Assembly (NCBI GenBank): GCA_040765295.1
Contig: JAXGSB010000001.1
Coordinates: 144,528 to 168,527, forward strand
Reading direction: 5' to 3'
Length of the DNA stretch: 24,000 nt
Source of the DNA: Candidatus Scatomorpha sp.
Lineage (GTDB): Bacteria; Bacillota; Clostridia; Oscillospirales; Oscillospiraceae
The notes under the pieces are model-generated. The model ran no database searches and had not been told where the DNA came from. It saw only the letters and a list, made by a program, of their open reading frames with translations. Made by a program: the position numbers and the translations under genes. This document shows, piece after piece, positions 15,616-23,878 of the stretch (the stretch's first letter is position 1; every line of letters starts with the position of its first letter).

Positions 15616-17664
15616 ATGCCAACACCCGGTGTTAAAATTGAAGAATTAAAGGGTATCGGCAAAAGCCGAGCCGCCTCTTTCCGCAAGCTTGGAGTGGAGA
15701 GACTCCGCGACCTGCTCGATTTTTTTCCGCGCGCCTACGAGGACAGAAGATTTGTGCAGAGGATTTCCTCGCTCCGCGACGGCGAGGCCGCCCTTATAAA
15801 GGCAACGGTTATAACGGAGCCTGCTCTCCAGCGTCTCGGCGGCGGCAAGACGAGACTGCATTTTTCCGTTTCCGATGAGAGCGGCAGGGCGGAGATAAGC
15901 TTTTTCAACGCTCCCTATATGGTGAACAAGATAATAAGAGGAACGGAACTTTACTTCTTCGGGAAACCGAAGCAGCTCGGCGCAAGATTTTTTTTCACAA
16001 ATCCCGACTTCGAGCAGGTCGGAGAGGATTCGGCAGAAATGCGCAAAATTCTTCCCATATACAGGCTCTCAAAGGGACTTACTCAGAAAATTGTTAGGAA
16101 GACGGCAGAAACCGCCATTATGGCGGCATCAGCATATATAAAGAGCTTCCTGCCCCCGAGCATAGTGGAGCGCGAGGGGCTCTGCTCTCTCCGCTTTGCC
16201 TATGAGAACATACATTTTCCCGCCGATGAAGAGGCGCTCTCCAGGGCGCGGCGCAGGCTGGTCTTCGACGAGCTTTTCTTATTTTCGGCCTGTATAAACT
16301 TTCTGCGCGCAAAAAGGGGCAGAGAAAAAGGACAAAAGCTTGAAAAAACAGATTTTTCCGAGTTTTTCGCATCTCTCCCCTTTGAGCCTACCGATTCTCA
16401 GAAACAGGCAATTGCAGACTGCGCCGAGGACCTGAGCTCCGGCAGCCTTATGACAAGACTGATTATAGGAGATGTCGGCTCGGGCAAAACTCTGGTTGCC
16501 GCCGCCGTCGCTCTGATGACGGCAAAAAACGGAGGACAGACAGCCTACATGGCGCCCACCGAGATATTGGCTCTCCAGCACTACGAGAGTATGAAAGGCT
16601 TTTTAGAGCCCTTCGGGATAAAAGTCGCGCTTCTTCGCGGCGGTATGCCGCTTAAGGAGAGGGCGGAGACGGAAGAAAGGATTAAAAAGGGTGAAGTTCA
16701 AGTTATCTGCGGCACTCACGCCCTGATCTCTGGGAGCACTCAGTATAAAAACCTGCTTTTAGCCATAACTGACGAACAGCACCGCTTCGGCGTTTCACAG
16801 CGCTCCGAGCTCTCCGAAAAGGGCGAGAGCGCGCATATTCTCGCCATGTCGGCAACTCCCATACCCCGAACGCTGGCGCTCACACTCTACGGCGACCTAG
16901 AGGTATCTTTCATGCGGGATATGCCCAAGGGCCGCCAAAAGATAGACACATTTGTCGTGGGCGAGAGCTACAGAGAGAGAATAAACAGGTTTATGGAAAA
17001 ACAGGTCGCACAGGGCAGGCAGGTCTATGTTGTCTGTCCCATGATAGAAGAGGGCGAGGAAGAGAGCGGGCTCATCTCCGCCGAGGAGCGAAGCGAAAAA
17101 CTCAAAAAACGCTTTCCCGAGCTTAAAGTCGGACTTCTGCACGGAAGACTTCCCTCTAAAGAGAAAGGGGAAACAATAAAAAGCTTCAGGCAGGGAGATA
17201 TCAACATACTTGTCTCCACCACGGTGATAGAGGTGGGAGTCGACAGCCCGAACGCCTCGCTCATAGTTGTCGAAAATGCCGAGCGCTTCGGCCTGAGTCA
17301 GCTCCATCAGCTCAGGGGCAGAGTCGGCAGAGGCCGGCACAAGAGCTACTGCATACTCATGTCAGCCGGAGACAACGGGGTGGCGGGAGAACGGCTAGAT
17401 GCCATGAGCAAAACAAACGACGGCTTTTTGATTGCCGAGGAAGATCTCAGGCTTCGCGGGCCGGGCGACTTTTTCGGCAAGAGACAGCACGGACTGCCCG
17501 AGATGCACATTGCCGACCTCGGCGCCGACATGGAAGTGTTAAAAAGAGTTGCCGACTACTCGGGAGAACTCTTCAGTAAAGATTCGGATTTGAAACTTCC
17601 CGAGCATCGGGATCTAAAGCTTAAAATTAAAGAAGTCTTTCAAGAGAGTTTGAGCCTGAGCTGA
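15616..17664 (+). CDS. recG: ATP-dependent DNA helicase RecG
   Basis: Walker A GDVGSGKT, DEQH box (ITDEQHRFG), SATPIPRT, QLHQLRGRVGRG and the C-terminal TRG-type motif GPGDFFGKRQHG. N-terminal wedge/OB region. Confidence 0.96.
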   Translation: MPTPGVKIEELKGIGKSRAASFRKLGVERLRDLLDFFPRAYEDRRFVQRISSLRDGEAALIKATVITEPALQRLGGGKTRLHFSVSDESGRAEISFFNAPYMVNKIIRGTELYFFGKPKQLGARFFFTNPDFEQVGEDSAEMRKILPIYRLSKGLTQKIVRKTAETAIMAASAYIKSFLPPSIVEREGLCSLRFAYENIHFPADEEALSRARRRLVFDELFLFSACINFLRAKRGREKGQKLEKTDFSEFFASLPFEPTDSQKQAIADCAEDLSSGSLMTRLIIGDVGSGKTLVAAAVALMTAKNGGQTAYMAPTEILALQHYESMKGFLEPFGIKVALLRGGMPLKERAETEERIKKGEVQVICGTHALISGSTQYKNLLLAITDEQHRFGVSQRSELSEKGESAHILAMSATPIPRTLALTLYGDLEVSFMRDMPKGRQKIDTFVVGESYRERINRFMEKQVAQGRQVYVVCPMIEEGEEESGLISAEERSEKLKKRFPELKVGLLHGRLPSKEKGETIKSFRQGDINILVSTTVIEVGVDSPNASLIVVENAERFGLSQLHQLRGRVGRGRHKSYCILMSAGDNGVAGERLDAMSKTNDGFLIAEEDLRLRGPGDFFGKRQHGLPEMHIADLGADMEVLKRVADYSGELFSKDSDLKLPEHRDLKLKIKEVFQESLSLS

Positions 17665-17685
17665 TTTTTGTTTTAACACTTGTAA

Positions 17686-17714
17686 AAAGCGCCGCTCTGT
17701 GTTATAAAAGAGAA
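17686..17714 (+). promoter_or_regulatory. Putative sigma-A promoter of the ACT-hom-aspartate kinase operon
   Basis: TTGTAA (17686-91), 17 nt spacer, TGT-TATAAA extended -10 (17706-14). Confidence 0.5.
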
Positions 17715-17771
17715 ATAAAATACAAATGCACGCCTGTGGCGGACAAGAGCGGGTTTATTTTGGAGAGAAAT

Positions 17772-18221
17772 ATGAAGAAAAAAGAGGAGAAGCTTTCATA
17801 CTATCTGATAGAAGCCTCGGCGGTACCCAAAGTATATAAAAAAATAATCGAGACCAAGGAGCTTCTGGCGCGCGACCCCGACATATCCATTGCCGAGGCT
17901 GTGAGCAGGGTGGGCCTAAGCCGCTCGACATACTATAAATATAAAGACTCGATCTTCCGCTTTCGCGACATCGATACCAAGAGGCCGGTTACAATACACG
18001 CAAAGCTAGTCGACAGGAAGGGAGTACTATCGGGTCTTTTGCAGCTTGTGAGCGAGCTGGGCGCCAACATAATCACGATAAATCAAAGTATACCCACAGA
18101 CGGCATTGCGCTTCTCACGCTGTCCATCTCCACACAGAATTTGAGCGTGAGTATAGAGGAGCTTGTGGAGAAGGCCGCCGTCACAGACGGCATAAGCAGC
18201 TTCGAAATTTTACAGGGATAA
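17772..18221 (+). CDS. UPF0735 ACT domain-containing protein (PheB-like)
   Basis: Collinear with B. subtilis PheB: YYLIEASAVP..., LSRSTYYKYKDSIFRF, then the ACT core GVLSGLLQLVSELGANIITINQSIP. The ATG at 17772 follows GGAGAG. Confidence 0.85.
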   Translation: MKKKEEKLSYYLIEASAVPKVYKKIIETKELLARDPDISIAEAVSRVGLSRSTYYKYKDSIFRFRDIDTKRPVTIHAKLVDRKGVLSGLLQLVSELGANIITINQSIPTDGIALLTLSISTQNLSVSIEELVEKAAVTDGISSFEILQG

Positions 18222-18233
18222 GGAGCCGATTTT

Positions 18234-19442
18234 TTGAAGATAGCAATTTTAGGTGTGGGAGTAGTCGGCGGAGGCACCGCCGAAGTGCTCGTAAAAAATA
18301 AAGAGAGAATAGCGAGGTCGGCGGGCGAAGAGATAGAAATTAAGCATATCCTCTGCCGCAGACCAAGACCCTCTCACCCATTCGCGAGAGTTTTAACTCA
18401 AGATTTTGAGGAAATTTTAAAAGATGAGAGCGTCGGGATTGTGGCCGAATGTATGGGAGGCCTGGAGCCGGCATATTCTTATGTAAAAAGCGCTCTTGCG
18501 GCAGGCAAGTCCGTTGTGACTTCCAACAAGGAGCTTGTGAGCGAGAGGGGACGCGAACTCTGCGCTCTTGCCAGAGAGAAGTGTGTGCACTTTAAATTCG
18601 AAGCAGCTGTCGGCGGAGGTATACCGGTTATAAGGCCGATAAACAAGTGCCTGGCGGCCAACGAAATTTCTCAGATTTCGGGAATACTCAACGGCACGAC
18701 AAATTATATTCTCACCGAGATGATAAACTTCGGTAAAAGCTTCGGGGCCGCGCTTAAAGAGGCTCAGGAAAAGGGCTATGCCGAGAGCGATCCGACCGCC
18801 GATGTCGAGGGTATCGACGCCGCGAGAAAGATATCCATACTGGCCGATCTCTGCTTTAACAAAGAGGTTCTGCCCAAGTATGTGAGGACAGAGGGAATAA
18901 GCAAGATAAGCCCCGAGGACATAGATTACGCCAGAGCGGCCGGTTACAGGGTTAAGCTCATTGCCCGGGCCATGCGCACGGGAGCAAACTCGGTTACGGC
19001 CTTTGTCGAGCCTCAGCTTGTGGCCAAGACACATCCGCTTGCCAGCATAAACGGCGTGCAAAACGCTGTTTTAATCAGAGGCGACGCTGTGGGCGAGGTG
19101 CTCTTGGCAGGCCCCGGAGCCGGCGCATACCCGACCGCCTCGGCCGTTGTGGCGGATATAATAGACGCCGTTGCCGAGCCGAACCCAAAGATATTCCTCG
19201 GCTGGTGGCCCTCGGAACCGGGTTATGCCGCCGATGCCGATGAGCTTAGCTCAAAGTTTTTAATCAGGGTGGGGCCGAGACTCAAGGAGATAGGCGAAAA
19301 CTTCTCGAACATTCGCTTTATAAATAAAAGCGGAGCCAAAACGGATGAATACGCCTTTATAACGGGCTATACCACAAAGAAGGAAATCATGGAAAAGGCC
19401 GAAGCCATAGAGCTGCGCGCCATATACAGATTATTTGAATGA
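18234..19442 (+). CDS. hom: Homoserine dehydrogenase
   Basis: N-terminal Rossmann fold KIAILGVGVVGGG, catalytic region FEAAVGGGIPVI...GILNGTTNYIL, and a C-terminal ACT-like domain. TTG start. Confidence 0.93.
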   Translation: MKIAILGVGVVGGGTAEVLVKNKERIARSAGEEIEIKHILCRRPRPSHPFARVLTQDFEEILKDESVGIVAECMGGLEPAYSYVKSALAAGKSVVTSNKELVSERGRELCALAREKCVHFKFEAAVGGGIPVIRPINKCLAANEISQISGILNGTTNYILTEMINFGKSFGAALKEAQEKGYAESDPTADVEGIDAARKISILADLCFNKEVLPKYVRTEGISKISPEDIDYARAAGYRVKLIARAMRTGANSVTAFVEPQLVAKTHPLASINGVQNAVLIRGDAVGEVLLAGPGAGAYPTASAVVADIIDAVAEPNPKIFLGWWPSEPGYAADADELSSKFLIRVGPRLKEIGENFSNIRFINKSGAKTDEYAFITGYTTKKEIMEKAEAIELRAIYRLFE

Positions 19443-19455
19443 CAGGTGAACGGCA

Positions 19456-20664
19456 ATGCTGACAGTGATGAAATTCGGCGGCAGCTCGGTAGCCAATGCC
19501 GAAAAGATAAGGCACGCAGCCTCGATAATAGAAAAGGCATATAATAAGGGAGAATCTCTTGTTGTAGTCCTCTCGGCTCAGGGCAAGACGACCGATATGC
19601 TCAAAGAAAAGGCGCTCGAGCTGAATAAGAGACCCTCGAAGAGAGAGATCGACATGCTCTTATCCACGGGCGAGCAGCAGTCCGTGGCTCTCATGGCAAT
19701 CTGCCTCGGGAGCATGGGACTTCCCGCCGTTTCGCTCAATGCAGCGCAGGTGGGTATCGAGACCGATACCGCTCATGGACAGGCGAGAATCCTGAGGATA
19801 GACAGAGAGAGAATAAGAGCCGAGCTCGACAATCGTCGTATAGTTATTGTAACGGGATTTCAGGGAATCGACAGAAACGATGACATCACCACGCTGGGGC
19901 GCGGCGGCTCCGACACCACGGCGGTATCTTTAGCGGCGGTCCTGCACGCAGATACCTGTAAAATCTTTACCGATGTCGAGGGAGTTTTCACAGCAGATCC
20001 GAGAATTGTGGAAAAGCCCATAAAACTCAGGGAAATAGGCTACGATGAGATGCTCGAGCTCTCGTCGTTGGGCACGCAGGTACTCATGAAGCGTTCGGTT
20101 GAGATGGCCAAGCGCTACGATGTACAGCTCGAGGTTCTTTCAGCCGAGGGCAACAAACCCGGCACAATAGTAAGGGAGGTCAAGAGAAGAATGGAAGAAA
20201 TGAAAATCAGCGGAATCGCAAAAGACAACAATGTTGCCAGAATAGCGGTTGTGGGGGTGCCCGACGAGCCGGGCATAGCCTTCAGAGTGTTCAATGCAAT
20301 GGCGAGAGCCGGCATAAATGTCGATATCATACTTCAGTCCTACGGCAAGGACAACACAAACGACATTAGCTTCACGGTTGCCATAGAGGATTCCGAACCT
20401 GCGGCCGAAGCGCTTAGTGAGCTTCAGGATTCCATCGGCTTCGACCACCTTAGTGTCGATACCAATGTCAGCAAGGTAAGCATAGTGGGCGCCGGCATGA
20501 TGTCGGCTGCGGGCATAGCGGCGCTGATGTTCGAGGCGCTCTACGACGCCAAGATAAATATACAGATGATATCCACCTCCGAGATAAAGGTGTCTGTCCT
20601 CATCGACAGAGCGTACGCCGACATGGCGGTTCAGGCCATACACAGCAAATTTTTCGGGGCATGA
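19456..20664 (+). CDS. lysC: Aspartate kinase (monofunctional, two C-terminal ACT domains)
   Basis: VMKFGGSSV, VVVLSAQGKTTD, TLGRGGSDTTA, FTDVEGVFTADPR, and ACT repeats (ARIAVVG..., SKVSIVGAGM). Confidence 0.95.
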   Translation: MLTVMKFGGSSVANAEKIRHAASIIEKAYNKGESLVVVLSAQGKTTDMLKEKALELNKRPSKREIDMLLSTGEQQSVALMAICLGSMGLPAVSLNAAQVGIETDTAHGQARILRIDRERIRAELDNRRIVIVTGFQGIDRNDDITTLGRGGSDTTAVSLAAVLHADTCKIFTDVEGVFTADPRIVEKPIKLREIGYDEMLELSSLGTQVLMKRSVEMAKRYDVQLEVLSAEGNKPGTIVREVKRRMEEMKISGIAKDNNVARIAVVGVPDEPGIAFRVFNAMARAGINVDIILQSYGKDNTNDISFTVAIEDSEPAAEALSELQDSIGFDHLSVDTNVSKVSIVGAGMMSAAGIAALMFEALYDAKINIQMISTSEIKVSVLIDRAYADMAVQAIHSKFFGA

Positions 20665-20687
20665 GATAAAGACAAAAAGATTAAATC

Positions 20688-20709
20688 AGGGCGGCTTAAA
20701 AGCCGCCCT
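20688..20709 (+). terminator. Terminator hairpin after aspartate kinase
   Basis: AGGGCGGC (20688-95), loop TTAAAA, GCCGCCCT (20702-09). The T tract after it is weak (AAATTTGTTTG). Confidence 0.6.
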
Positions 20710-21331
20710 AAATTTGTTTGATTAATGGAACATCTGACAGGCATGCAAATCTGGAATATAAGTACGGGAACAGACGCTTCTGGCATAGAGGTTGCTGTGT
20801 AGATACAGCCTAGGAGAATAAAAAAGATAGTTGAGTATGTCTGCAAGCGATTACAAAGCGATACAGCAGCAGATGTTATATCGCTGTATTCTGGCGTCTT
20901 CGTGAAGGTATGCTTCCAGCTTCAAAGTTTTGGTCTATAAGATATTCGGGAAACTTTTTTGAAATATTGATTCTTGCCACAAGCGGGATAAATAAAATGT
21001 TTGCAAAGCCTTTAAATTTTTGCAGTATATTTCTCCTGCGCTCTGTTTCATAGCCTCGGCAGTCGTCTTTTATCTCGTATCTCGATAAGCAGGTCTTGTT
21101 TGTGCTATCTCTTTAAAAGCTTCCTCTCAACCGTTGCCACCGAAAGGAAATTAATTTCAAGTAAGCTTGTTTCATCTGCGCAGTTAGCCCAAACTAACGA
21201 AGATATTATAATATTTTTATAAGAATAAAACAGAGCATGCAACTAAAAAACTAGGATTTTCTGATTCTTCTTTCTATTAGAGAAATCTAATAGAAAGTAA
21301 GCGAACAAGCGCTTGACAAAGAAGGGAAAAA

Positions 21332-21356
21332 GAGTTAGCATAGGCTAACTCTTTTT
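21332..21356 (+). terminator. Terminator/attenuator-like hairpin immediately upstream of the ABC ATPase gene
   Basis: AAAAA-GAGTTAGC (21332-39), loop ATAG, GCTAACTC (21344-51), then TTTTT. Lies 70 nt before the TTG start at 21426. Confidence 0.5.
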
Positions 21357-21425
21357 GCTTGTTTCTTCGCACCCATCGATTTCCAATCCAAAGTAAAAGG
21401 ATACTGTACTAAGGGAGAATGAATA

Positions 21426-22202
21426 TTGCTTAAGGTTAAAAAACTCAATTTTGCATATGGAAAACGTCGAGTTTTAAAAGATGTAGACTTTTCAGTTGGG
21501 CAAGCAAGCATAGTTTCTTTAATCGGGCCCAACGGGTCGGGCAAGTCTACCCTCTTGCGTTGTCTCAGCGGATTATTGCCGGTAAAAGAAAAAACAGTTT
21601 TTTTGTTCGGACGAGCAATCGAAAGCCTCGGCATCAAGGAAAAGGCCAAGCTTATCTCTTATCTTCCTCAAAATCAGGAAAGGCTGCAGGGTGTCAATGT
21701 GCACGAATTGGTCTCGATGGGCAGGGCGCCTTACCACAAAACGGGATGGGTAAATACGGATGGAGACCTTGAAAAAATCAACTGGGCAATTGAATATATG
21801 CAGCTTGGATCCATGGTTCACAGGCCTGTGGAAAAGCTCTCCGGCGGCGAAAAACAAAGAGCGTGGATTGCCATGGTTCTCGCGCAGGACACTCCGATTA
21901 TTCTTATGGACGAACCCACCACTTACATGGATTTAAAACATCAATACGAACTTTTAAAAATGTTAAAAGACTTTAAAGAATCTTTTAACAAGACGATTAT
22001 TGCTGTTTTTCACGATATGAACCATGCGATTAGGGTATCAGATCAGGTTTATCTGCTGGACGAGGGACATATTTCCCGATCTGGGGCAAGCGAGCATGTA
22101 ATAACGGAAGAAACTGTGAGGGAAGTCTATAATGTGCCTGTTCATATCTGCAAGTTTAGAAAATGCTGTCATAAAGTTGTAGTCCCCGCAGAAGAAAGAT
22201 AA
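21426..22202 (+). CDS. ABC transporter ATP-binding protein, FepC/FecE/BtuD-type (iron-chelate or corrinoid importer family)
   Basis: Walker A GPNGSGKST, Q-loop YLPQN, signature LSGGEKQRAWIA, Walker B IILMDEPT, H-loop FHDMN. TTG start with an AGGGAG RBS 8 nt upstream. Confidence 0.88.
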   Translation: MLKVKKLNFAYGKRRVLKDVDFSVGQASIVSLIGPNGSGKSTLLRCLSGLLPVKEKTVFLFGRAIESLGIKEKAKLISYLPQNQERLQGVNVHELVSMGRAPYHKTGWVNTDGDLEKINWAIEYMQLGSMVHRPVEKLSGGEKQRAWIAMVLAQDTPIILMDEPTTYMDLKHQYELLKMLKDFKESFNKTIIAVFHDMNHAIRVSDQVYLLDEGHISRSGASEHVITEETVREVYNVPVHICKFRKCCHKVVVPAEER

Positions 22203-22278
22203 GCTTAATTTTTTATTTAACGAAGTAGTTAGCAGAAAAGTCAAAAATATAAAAAAATTTAGAAAGGAGGTGGCTTGC

Positions 22279-23193
22279 TTGATTCGTTTTATGTTGCATA
22301 CGCCGGTCAATGTTCGTGGCCGAATGCTTGATTATCTAAAAGCAAGTCTCAAAGACTTAGAAAGAGAGATAGGGGATGAGATTCAATTATTCACTCCCCA
22401 CGATCCGCAGTACTCATCGGATTGCACTGAAGAATGGCTGCCGGCATCTATTGAAAGGGGCATTATGCCCGACATAATTATAACTCATGCGACAGAATTT
22501 GCATCTTTAAAAAGAGAGCAGAGGATAGAGTTGTTCTCCAGCTTGCCGGGGCAATATGAGGAGCTCAAGCCTATAAGAAAAGAATTGAGCAAACTTAAGG
22601 ATTCTTTGGGCATTTTTTATCCGATTTCGGTAACGCCCTTGGCGATGATCTACAACGCTGAAAATGTAAAAGAGGAGGAACTTAAACACTCGTGGGCGGA
22701 CCTGTTTAACGAAAAGTTCAAGGTAATTTTTCCGGAAAGAAACAAGCCCTTGTGCAGGGCGGCCGGAGGATTTTTAAAGGCAAACTTCCCCGAAGAATTC
22801 CCCGAATTCGAAGAAAGAGTAACCTACAGCGGCACGCCCGCAAATATGACCAGGCTTATAGCTTCCGGTGAATACGACATGGGCATGACTCTTTTGCCCT
22901 TTGCCGGAATAGGGCAACAAGGCAGGCTGAAGATAAATAAAACCAAAGAAGGCTACATTCCCCTTCCCCAAACAATTGTTTGGAAAAAAGGAGCGAGCAA
23001 GAGTTTAATGACCTTTGCAGACATATTCAGGGGACGAGATATGCAGTCTTATTTGGCAGAGCAAGACACATGGACAGTAAGAGAAGATATGCCGATACGC
23101 GCAAGCGACCAAGACATGAAACAGGTTTTGGAATGGAAAGGCTGGGACTTTTATCTGGATGCTGTGGACGAGTTCGATAAATATTCCGTTTAA
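22279..23193 (+). CDS. Periplasmic-binding-protein-like (type II SBP-like) protein with no signal peptide
   Basis: Strong RBS AAAGGAGG (22263-70). The in-frame TTG at 22279 is best spaced; alternatives are GTG at 22270 or ATG at 22291. No hydrophobic leader or lipobox. Segments such as PDIIITHATEF, SVTPLAMIYN and TPANMTRLIASGEYDMGMT resemble iron/thiamine-type solute-binding folds. This is a by-eye call. Confidence 0.5.
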   Translation: MIRFMLHTPVNVRGRMLDYLKASLKDLEREIGDEIQLFTPHDPQYSSDCTEEWLPASIERGIMPDIIITHATEFASLKREQRIELFSSLPGQYEELKPIRKELSKLKDSLGIFYPISVTPLAMIYNAENVKEEELKHSWADLFNEKFKVIFPERNKPLCRAAGGFLKANFPEEFPEFEERVTYSGTPANMTRLIASGEYDMGMTLLPFAGIGQQGRLKINKTKEGYIPLPQTIVWKKGASKSLMTFADIFRGRDMQSYLAEQDTWTVREDMPIRASDQDMKQVLEWKGWDFYLDAVDEFDKYSV

Positions 23194-23211
23194 ATCTGAG
23201 AGGAGTTAAAG

Positions 23212-23832
23212 ATGCTTAAATCTAATGCGAACTATGCGCAGTTACAGCCCATGTATCCGCTTCTGATTCAACAATTTGTAGATGATTACAACTTGATGGA
23301 CGGCATAGCGATGGACATTGGCGCAGGACCCGGGTGGCTGGGTATGGAGCTTGCGAAAATTACAAATATGAAAATTGTTTTTCTGGATATCAGTCAAGAC
23401 GCTCTAGACACTGCCAAAAAGAACTTCGAGATGTTGGATGTAGACAACGAAGCTGACTATATAAAAGCCGATATACACAATCTGCCCCTTGAAAGTGAAA
23501 TTGCCGACTTTGTTATGAGCAGAGGCTCAATTTGGTTTTGGGAGGAGCCTCAAAAAGGCCTAAAAGAAATTGAACGCATCTTAAAGCCCGGCGGCACTGC
23601 GATAGTCGGAGGAGGTTTGGGAAGGTATATTCCCGAAAGCATGAGAACCAGGCTGCAGGGCTGTATCAGACAGGGACTGAAAGAAAGAATGGAAACAAGA
23701 CCCAACTTGGAAGAATTTAGAGCTATGGTAGAAAAAGCGGGTTTGGATAACTATAGGATTTTGCCTGACAGTGAAGGCGGAGGACGCTGGGTTGAAATAA
23801 AGAAACGAAAAAGTGAAGAATCGAAAATGTAA
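23212..23832 (+). CDS. Class I SAM-dependent methyltransferase
   Basis: Motif I MDIGAGPGWLG, acidic post-I FLDIS, and motif LKPGGTAIVGG. GAGGAG RBS. Confidence 0.85.
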   Translation: MLKSNANYAQLQPMYPLLIQQFVDDYNLMDGIAMDIGAGPGWLGMELAKITNMKIVFLDISQDALDTAKKNFEMLDVDNEADYIKADIHNLPLESEIADFVMSRGSIWFWEEPQKGLKEIERILKPGGTAIVGGGLGRYIPESMRTRLQGCIRQGLKERMETRPNLEEFRAMVEKAGLDNYRILPDSEGGGRWVEIKKRKSEESKM

Positions 23833-23878
23833 AGAGCAAGCGGAAGCTTTAGATAAAACTTAGAAAGGAAGGGAAAAT

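Noticed and set aside
10221-17771. Upstream alternative starts given in the ORF track for rapZ (10221), yvcK (11059), ireB (14124), apbE (14478) and the ACT protein (17736).
   Set aside because: In each case a downstream ATG has a properly spaced SD and gives the canonical family N-terminus (P-loop, GGGTG motif or lipoprotein signal peptide). The longer forms add non-homologous residues or overlap the neighbouring gene.
619-20643. Many long ORFs in the supplied track lie antisense to, or out of frame within, the genes called above. Examples are 619-864(-), 1357-1599(-), 1646-2053(-), 4435-4737(+), 5177-5626(+), 5663-6175(+), 7709-8182(+), 9970-10371(-), 10310-10768(-), 11599-12111(-), 12108-12545(-), 12632-13060(-), 15179-15616(+), 16897-17340(-), 18417-19061(-) and 20140-20643(-).
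   Set aside because: Each is fully shadowed by a gene with clear family motifs. They lack RBSs and have Arg/Ser/Leu/Cys-rich low-complexity translations typical of alternative frames. There is no independent evidence of coding.
20631-20846. A 71-aa minus-strand ORF spanning the aspartate kinase 3' end and terminator.
   Set aside because: It overlaps the aspartate kinase coding end and the terminator hairpin, has no RBS, and its hydrophobic/Cys-rich sequence shows no motif. It is probably spurious.
20710-21425. A cobalamin riboswitch upstream of the BtuD/FepC-like ABC ATPase.
   Set aside because: I could not find a B12 box (GCCACTG-type core) with the flanking GGTG...AATCC and AGGGAA elements on either strand. 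The nearest resemblance, GTTGCCACCG at about 21132, lacks the surrounding conserved context.
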